From IMG/VR virus record IMGVR_UViG_3300027573_000779, positions 62,001 to 126,000 of that record: a stretch of DNA of 64,000 nt; one strand, written 5' to 3'. Position 1 is the stretch's first letter, and each line of letters opens with the position of its first letter. Of the stretch, positions 59,201 through 64,000 are shown one piece after another. The notes under the pieces were generated by a model. It did not search any database. It saw only the letters and a list, made by a program, of their open reading frames with translations, and was not told the origin of the DNA. Made by a program: the position numbers and the translations under genes.

Positions 59201-62200
59201 GTAAACAGTGTCTCGTCACCAGCAACATTCGTAGGCCAAGTTACAAATCCCGATGACAAAAAACTTCTTTTTGATAGTCTTACTGACCTTGCAAATAGCG
59301 ATATAGACCTTCAAAAAACCAAAGCTACGCCTGCCGCCAAATTTTTAGGTACAAAATATAAACAAAACAAATTAAAAGAATCATTTATAACACTTCAGGA
59401 TAGATTGTATAATAGATTCAATTTTAATCCTTCTTCAAAACGTGATTTTAGTAATCGCAAGGACGCTTTTCCAATTGGCAAGCCGGGAATCAACATTTTT
59501 TCGGCTATAGAAAAATATGGTAGAGCCAAAGGTGAAGTGCCAAATTTTGCTTCCTCTTTGCCTTTATCAACCGCCAAAGAATTATTAGCTCTAGCCAAAG
59601 AAAGAAAGATTCGCATTACTAGAGATAAAGAACTTGGAGCTTTTCATAGATTTTCAGAAAGAAGAATTAATCTTCCTAAAGGCGAATCAATTGAAACTTT
59701 CGCGCATGAATTGGGTCACAGTTTATCTACCGATAATTTTTATAAATTTGCTAATGCAAATCGGATAGAAAGAGAAGTAATGGCTAATCAAGAGATTGTC
59801 CAACGACTGGTTGACCCAAAAGAACAAGAAACATTTAAAACAAACACTCTTGAATCTTTTAAATCTTATAAAAGCGGAATAATACTAGAACGGGTTTGGC
59901 CACAATTGCAAATTCCAGAAGAAAAACGCAATCAATATATTGAAATTCAACAAAAAGAATTTAAAAAAACTCAGAGAAGTAAAGGTATAAGTCCAGAGCA
60001 TCGAAGTAGCGCTGCTGTATTACGAAAACTTGTTAAAGATTTTGGGCCAAAAACCATAAAACAACTTATTAGTTCCACTCCCCGCGACGAGAGGGAAGCT
60101 TTAAAACTGCGCTATTCTTTTGGAAAAATCCCTAGTTTTGCCGTAATGAGTCCGCAGGAAAAAGCCTTTAAAGATATCGCTTTAAGACTAAATTCAGAAA
60201 AACATATAGGATATGGCCCACAAAAATATTTTTTACCATTTTTGTCTGATAAAACCGTAAATCCCTATCAATCATTATATTATAGCACCCCATACGAACA
60301 ACAACAAACAAAAAAAGAAGAAGTTGAAAAGAAACTAATAAATTTTATTCCCGAAGGTAAAAATTTCCTAAGACCATATAACAATATTCTACAGCAAGCC
60401 CCCGCTGTTAAAGATGCTTACAGGTTTGTAAGAAACCTTTTTGGTGATTTTGCTGGTCGTGGTTCTGGCGACCCTCTTGAGCGTTCTGCAAACAACTATT
60501 TGAAGATAATGCGTGGTTTACAAAAAACCGGTGTTTTTAAAGAAATAAACAAACTGTCGCCGCAACAATTATTAAGAGGAGGGATAAAATCAGGTAATCT
60601 TTCTCTATACGGTTTTGGGGGAGACCCCCTTCCTGAATCAAAATTCAAAACAAGAGCTTTGGAGTCTGGCAATCGCGACCTTGTGGCTAACGACCCATTA
60701 TATTCGTTTCATCAAAGGTTTGAAAGTAAAAAAGAAGAATTAAAACTAAGAAAACAGTTTAAAGCTTTTACAAGCTCCTTTGTAAACTCTGTTTCTAAAT
60801 TCAGGAACATTCCAAGAATAAAAAATAAACTTGAAGAAATAACTGGCGGTGACCATACAAGACTAGCCCTAACTGCAAAAAAATATATTCCGCCTGAAAT
60901 TTATGAACGTTTAGCTTACCTAAGCAAAACCTTTGTAAATACAAAACGGCAGGCTTATAATCTTGGTGTAGACATTGATTCTCCATTTTACTTTCGTGGA
61001 CAAAGTAGAAGCGAAGCGGCAATTTTAGACAAACTTAAAGAATTTACCTCTTTGGGATTTGCAAGTCAGACAGATAGATTAGGCGTTACTTTAAATAATA
61101 ATCCATTGTTTGCTGCTGCTTTTGGCGTTACTTCCGGCAAAGAGTTTGGAAAACCGGGGTTATTGGGAATTTATAGAAAAAAACAAATCGACAGTAGAGA
61201 ACCAAGAAGGCTAGGAGAAAACATCTCTTCTGGCAGGCTTAGAATAGATGACCTGTTTGGTTTTATTGATTTGGCGGCTCAAAAATTTGTTCCAGCGTCT
61301 TCTCTAAGTAAAGTATATGGTCCAGAACACGCGCCCTCTTCTGAAATTCTGGAGAAAACCAAATCTTTGCTAAGTAAAGAAGATTACGACATAATAAAAT
61401 CTCAAAGTTTACATAAAGATTATAATCCAAACACACAATTAACTCTTACAAGAGGATTAGATGTTCGTAGAGGAAAGAAAATATCAGACTACCGTGGTCC
61501 AAGTCAAACTAACCCCAATCTTGGCGAACTTTCTTTTAAAGAGTTGCTTGACTATCTAAAACACTCAATAGATACTACCCAACCGGGAGTTATTCCAACA
61601 GGTGGGCCAGAAAGTTCTTTTGCAAATGTCAGTTCTGACGCTATTTTAGTTAAAAACCGAAAAACCGCTAAAGAATTAGAAAATAAACCCGTTCAAAAAG
61701 AGGGACAGGCGCATTTCCAAAGGCTGGTCAGTCAATCAGAATTATTCGGATACGACAGACTACAAAACCTTTTTGATAACCCAAATCTTTCAACAGAAAG
61801 AAAAAACAAACTGTTGAGAAGCGGAATCGTTGTTAATCTTCCTGAAATTAGAGGGCAAATTGGATATAGAACGGCAGCACCCGAACGCGAATACCCAATT
61901 TTAACATCAACCCCAAAAACTTCTGGACCTGTAAATATTGGCAGATTATTTGCTGTTTCGCCTTATATATTCAAAAAATCAGGTTATTCAAAAGGAAAGT
62001 TGCCAAACTTTGCAAAAGCTCCGCAATTTTCTCAACTTCAATTAAAAGAAATTTTGGGCGGCTCAACTGAAGCTAGAAAAGCTGTTTTCCAAGACAGTCA
62101 ATTTGTTTTAAAATACGGAAAATCTTCTGGTCACGCTATAAATGAATTTGTTTCAAATAGATTATTTAATGCTTTTGGCGAAAACGTGCCCGAAGCTCAA

Positions 62201-64000
62201 TTAATTGACACTCCTCAAGGTAAAGCCTTTCTGTCTAAATTCATCCAAAGTCAATCTTTTGGAGAACTGTATGATAAAGGAGATATTAATACAAGACAAA
62301 GATTAATTCAAGGAGTTAAACCTTCTTTTGCGGCTCATGCGGCCTTTGCTAATTGGGACGCATTTGGCGATTGGAATCCAGCAGGAGCCAATGTAAGACT
62401 AGATTCAAATAATAGACAGTTTTTTGTGGACTTGGGTGGGGCTTTAGCTTATAGAGGTTTGGGCGCACCTAAACCCAATTTTGGTCCAGAAGTGCCCGAA
62501 CTGCGTTCTCTTATTGATTATGCATCTAATCCTTATGCTAAAGCCGCTTTTAAATTTCAACCAGAAGAGCTAAAATCTAATGTTGCCGATTTTCTAAAAA
62601 GAACTCCGTCAAATTTAAGCGGTTTGTTAGAGTCTTTAAATAGTGAAACCCAAGGGGACCCACATATCACTAAAGCACTAAAACAAATTCCTAATCGTTT
62701 AAATTATCTTAGAAACTTTATTAAATCCAAAGGTTCTATCCCAAATTTCGCGTTCTTTTCAGGAATAGCTTCTGTCGCGCAATCACTTACAGGAGCTAAA
62801 AAACTTCCAAAACAAAACATTCGTGCTAACATTACTCCCGAAGAAATGGAGGCAATCTATTTTAATTACGCTAAAACCATTTATAATCCTCAAAAAGGAA
62901 AAATCCCAGTAGGTTTAAATTATTTTGCGAACAAGGCTTTCAATTCCGCGATGTTTGAACATCAAGGCTCTTATGTTTTTGGTTCTCACGATAACGAGTT
63001 GTTCCTTCCAACTCACTTTGCTCCAAAAAGCTTAAAGGGCGGATTTGCGGCGCAAAAAGCATTAAGTGAATATTCTAATGTAATGTATGCCGTAACTCAG
63101 GAAATGACCCCAATGCTAGAAAGACTTGGGTTCAGTGTGGCTAAATCTGGAGTTAAAGTTCCCTTCAGGGGCGGAACTGCATTAAAAGACTTTTTGGTTT
63201 CTGATAAACTGCGAACCCCAATGTTTCTTACCAATTTCCTTTCTCAAATGAAACAGGGAGCGGGTTCTAAATACGTTAAACAATATTTAACAAGAGAAGA
63301 CCAAGCTAAATTTAGTCATTATTATCCTTATGGTGGGGGAACTCCGGGCGAAGATGAAGCTATTGAATACTTAAGAAACAGAGGAATTACAGCTAATCAG
63401 GGCAAAATTCCTTCGTCTAATGCGTATTTAAAAGCTAAGTTAACGCACGTCCCCAATTTTGCTCTTCTTGACTCTCTTAGGAGTTTAATTGATGTTCAAA
63501 ACAATAAGTTTTTGGGTTCGAAATTACCCAATACACTTGGAGAAATTTACCCTGTTATAAGGGACCAATTTCCTAAAATAGGACCAATCTTAAAGGGAAT
63601 TAACCCTAGATTACTACTAGATGATATTAATGTTGATAGTGGGACATTATATCGAGGTTTTGCTAGAGCTGTGCGCTCAAAAACATATGACGGTCCTTTT
63701 AGAGCATATGACAGTCCTATTAAACCCTCCGAAACCGTCACAGGTGAACTTGACTTTTTATATAACTTTACGCACGCTTTAAATAGAGGCCAACCGTTAA
63801 AATTCCAAAAAGCCTCGCTAGAAGCCCTGTTCCAAATTGGCGCTCAAGCAAAACAAGAAGGGATAACTGATAAAGTAGGTATCAATACAAATAGCGACCC
63901 ATTTTTTAGAAACCTCGGAAACCCGCAACAACATAGAGATTTTGCACGAAACTTTTTAAATTTAGATAAATCAAAACCCAATCAATCCTTTATTCAAAAA
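53243..64000 (+). CDS. Giant tape measure protein fused to an array of enzyme-like modules (3' truncated; absent from ORF track)
   Basis: Hand translation from ATG 53243 shows no stop in 3586 codons. First ~560 aa are TP901-type tape measure (AALEFSRQG, NFAVSSADLAEAIKRVGS, GAVIGNAFKTIFTR); the rest is modules separated by GxVPNFA linkers. Confidence 0.93.
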   Translation, partial: MANDGVRVPVVLEWNQAIQDSIAQARRIPPVNVRVNTGRIGDGFKHASKEAEQFERALASAQTRVLTLGASFGALFAIQRGFKALIQTTIDVEKQLKDINVILGVSTSSLSTFSEQLFGIAKNTGQSFETVAKAALEFSRQGLGVQETLKRTNDALILTRQTGLDAAEATDAITAAINSFSQAALTSSDIVNKFAKVDQNFAVSSADLAEAIKRVGSSAEEAGVGIDELIALVTSAQQITQRGGAVIGNAFKTIFTRTARPQVLNDLEQLGITVRNAQGDILPAVQILTNLANSYDNLSQAQQSAAAELVGSVYQINILKASLKDLGKEHSFYSKALNDSSTATDEAVQRNEALNTTLAALINRTKENVRQFSANVGQDTFGPSIRRVAGLANGFLENANNILGADKAEVAFKEIGSVLGKGLVRGFGQFLQGPGLALIGVALFKFASQFARLATEAYKLLTDLNKSTDQRAAIESRVLGVLRQEPNIYSQILGNSLSVVQAQEKVLQIITAQNAALNAQKAIASQLTSTLINTGAVGVNPKTREVVTNPALKKTRSEGSIPNFAVNILDAQKEIEGAYKAKYIPGQVRQVGDAVINNAESIKTSAAHPQEKAIVPPQGSEAGQKYKEAYRTIYGKSPYGDAITKGRNAFQVQWMKSIGAKRGLDLTNPDNILVLAKQFRETYGSQQGLLPFNKGKVPSFASSLTLSTSKNFVKLAKERGVKIVREDQRVPQGSAFYIRSGAEGKKIVLPKKTPIDVLAHEVGHDLSYDYLNIYSPRLLKEQSANIEALKRIPTEKERQGYRETLSPATKTYKIGILRGILKDFAPNIDDESIFINELRKQEGKHSDRYSPVIRAHSTALRALIKDIGPKKVKEILSQLPEIDKTDLKRKPYASGHVPNFNLFSKVSTEDEANRMVKVSSVNALKPYLKKSEGDVPNFASGRVPNFASSLSLSTSKKLLREAKKTGIKTLRTNEPIPYYDIPSSSVRAPKGTSFDVIAHELGHGFSYQENPLLERVRSDIKSEVGANTEILNRLSGKEKKSFAKQMLNPFKTYKITSLVDSLRGLVPLPEMVKIIGQHRIRTKDLGKRAGDLGNYSDFRKSQSQVLRDIVKTVGPQKVKERISNLSPVNKQDLKARYFASGRVPNLAKSSYSLVHSTTPQLAKTIESEGLKPRRKEGFEKGYFSQHVTNFEKLAEEVRASEFPDLPSRLNSVYLTPESRKFNRFGTHFKVAPNKESYIFNLKKIDKAFDLAGPYGTSTVPNTKLRELAREYFQSGIPLNRQNLNKVLEKEKENTGYDYGDNPFFEILTPGPVSAKKIKRLNSKGAVPNFNIDVNGIFSQLPERERVVIEEHADGLKLGEIAKKYNISRNKASSIFNRGRNSFIKQYGLAKKGFGEFAAQGKIPNFAKIYKLRTGFPEHILKQIQSLHGKQLRIFPTKDHFPKELRNDIIKYGENNIPKFDPNLIIDSNEIIEVEHDDNIRGLHGTNIEKIVVKKTTPYLDQHLAIAKDGGIKSIWHTLNPDRFNKPQNPRNRIYSQGQVPNFASSFSNISLAKAPHNSTAIRRLGIPKTGSYASYYFDRNKHINISFIESNQKGDAFRLFKALGRTARRIKRPIISETLVKSSKQPDENQTNWEQLLVRYPQLRYRDLPNASTNGVFRPNLLGSEERSFNTFEELKTIVNQVPSDIFKKNLRTGFTSVGNLSTTFKNKGQAPNFAYIPFISPLVGRVVTNLVHSGEGFSMAALKPAFNFAKEKGIKQTIKNIILDKPAHQGTFFGFNEEGREDFGLSEFGFRKMFGLEPRIPPNPEVKLRQIPGKKNTYAIGGRNPLQNFGVNLTTKTPQNVRYRPQDPNTIRSLFRSPDFGAFNLDANTKNRKIRYSDTWDFALHGSEKLNFKELKDELKRRFIRQPELESIKDEFKLNVLPKVLKQNPLKTIKDIKELFPKNRLKSVLNPANLVFQGNAGASLFTNEPVHSYGSSQLTKLFRKLVNSVSSPATFVGQVTNPDDKKLLFDSLTDLANSDIDLQKTKATPAAKFLGTKYKQNKLKESFITLQDRLYNRFNFNPSSKRDFSNRKDAFPIGKPGINIFSAIEKYGRAKGEVPNFASSLPLSTAKELLALAKERKIRITRDKELGAFHRFSERRINLPKGESIETFAHELGHSLSTDNFYKFANANRIEREVMANQEIVQRLVDPKEQETFKTNTLESFKSYKSGIILERVWPQLQIPEEKRNQYIEIQQKEFKKTQRSKGISPEHRSSAAVLRKLVKDFGPKTIKQLISSTPRDEREALKLRYSFGKIPSFAVMSPQEKAFKDIALRLNSEKHIGYGPQKYFLPFLSDKTVNPYQSLYYSTPYEQQQTKKEEVEKKLINFIPEGKNFLRPYNNILQQAPAVKDAYRFVRNLFGDFAGRGSGDPLERSANNYLKIMRGLQKTGVFKEINKLSPQQLLRGGIKSGNLSLYGFGGDPLPESKFKTRALESGNRDLVANDPLYSFHQRFESKKEELKLRKQFKAFTSSFVNSVSKFRNIPRIKNKLEEITGGDHTRLALTAKKYIPPEIYERLAYLSKTFVNTKRQAYNLGVDIDSPFYFRGQSRSEAAILDKLKEFTSLGFASQTDRLGVTLNNNPLFAAAFGVTSGKEFGKPGLLGIYRKKQIDSREPRRLGENISSGRLRIDDLFGFIDLAAQKFVPASSLSKVYGPEHAPSSEILEKTKSLLSKEDYDIIKSQSLHKDYNPNTQLTLTRGLDVRRGKKISDYRGPSQTNPNLGELSFKELLDYLKHSIDTTQPGVIPTGGPESSFANVSSDAILVKNRKTAKELENKPVQKEGQAHFQRLVSQSELFGYDRLQNLFDNPNLSTERKNKLLRSGIVVNLPEIRGQIGYRTAAPEREYPILTSTPKTSGPVNIGRLFAVSPYIFKKSGYSKGKLPNFAKAPQFSQLQLKEILGGSTEARKAVFQDSQFVLKYGKSSGHAINEFVSNRLFNAFGENVPEAQLIDTPQGKAFLSKFIQSQSFGELYDKGDINTRQRLIQGVKPSFAAHAAFANWDAFGDWNPAGANVRLDSNNRQFFVDLGGALAYRGLGAPKPNFGPEVPELRSLIDYASNPYAKAAFKFQPEELKSNVADFLKRTPSNLSGLLESLNSETQGDPHITKALKQIPNRLNYLRNFIKSKGSIPNFAFFSGIASVAQSLTGAKKLPKQNIRANITPEEMEAIYFNYAKTIYNPQKGKIPVGLNYFANKAFNSAMFEHQGSYVFGSHDNELFLPTHFAPKSLKGGFAAQKALSEYSNVMYAVTQEMTPMLERLGFSVAKSGVKVPFRGGTALKDFLVSDKLRTPMFLTNFLSQMKQGAGSKYVKQYLTREDQAKFSHYYPYGGGTPGEDEAIEYLRNRGITANQGKIPSSNAYLKAKLTHVPNFALLDSLRSLIDVQNNKFLGSKLPNTLGEIYPVIRDQFPKIGPILKGINPRLLLDDINVDSGTLYRGFARAVRSKTYDGPFRAYDSPIKPSETVTGELDFLYNFTHALNRGQPLKFQKASLEALFQIGAQAKQEGITDKVGINTNSDPFFRNLGNPQQHRDFARNFLNLDKSKPNQSFIQK
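54917..63463 (+). repeat. Dispersed in-frame linker repeat G-x-[VILA]-P-[NS]-[FL]-[AN]
   Basis: Copies start at 54917, 55325, 55925, 56039, 56063, 56663, 57212, 57440, 57851, 58367, 59531, 60122, 61994, 62732 and 63443 (THVPNFA), with a degenerate copy at 63401. Confidence 0.92.

Noticed and set aside
62468-62484. KPNFG as an extra linker
   Set aside because: Lies inside the kinase C-lobe and lacks the Gx[VI] prefix and the final A/N.
54917-63463. Linker repeats as CRISPR repeats, attC sites or intein boundaries
   Set aside because: Spacing is irregular (24 to about 1870 nt), DNA varies at synonymous sites, there is no palindromic core, and no C/S...HN intein ends were seen.
53495-63741. 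Short minus-strand ORFs in the track suggesting a non-coding or degraded region
   Set aside because: They are shadows of the single plus-strand ORF from 53243, which the track omitted because it has no stop in the window.
1-64000. Stop-codon reassignment
   Set aside because: Genes are long and tightly packed under code 11, and TAA, TGA and TAG all end plausible genes.

Overview
This window is 64 kb of an AT-rich, gene-dense, tailed dsDNA phage genome (standard code, long-tailed siphovirus-type tail genes). No integrase, portal, terminase, tRNA or CRISPR array is visible. 1-14.8 kb is a replication block: RecA, DnaB, primase, a Cas4-like nuclease, a Pol III alpha split into PHP, exonuclease and core genes, a LAGLIDADG homing endonuclease and two glycosyltransferase genes. 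14.8-20 kb holds three minus-strand tail-tube paralogs. 20-31 kb is a lambda-like M-L-K-I-J tail tip plus fibre genes. 31-53 kb holds protease/scaffold, capsid, an HNH endonuclease, 14-aa-repeat fibre proteins, neck, tail tube and chaperones. The main finding is missing from the ORF track because it has no stop in the window: an ORF from 53243 to beyond 64000 (at least 3586 codons, translated by hand). It begins as a TP901-type tape measure protein and continues as about 14 modules separated by 15 copies (plus one degenerate copy) of the linker G-x-[VI]-P-N-F-A. The modules include three HExxH zincins, several ADP-ribosyltransferase-like domains, a HipA/PI-kinase-like kinase, a sigma-70 region 4 HTH and two GNAT-like domains. 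I infer a tape-measure-borne effector polyprotein. A recurring GTGTAA upstream motif (candidate late promoter) and apparent GATC avoidance are also seen. All family calls come from motif recognition by eye, not database searches.
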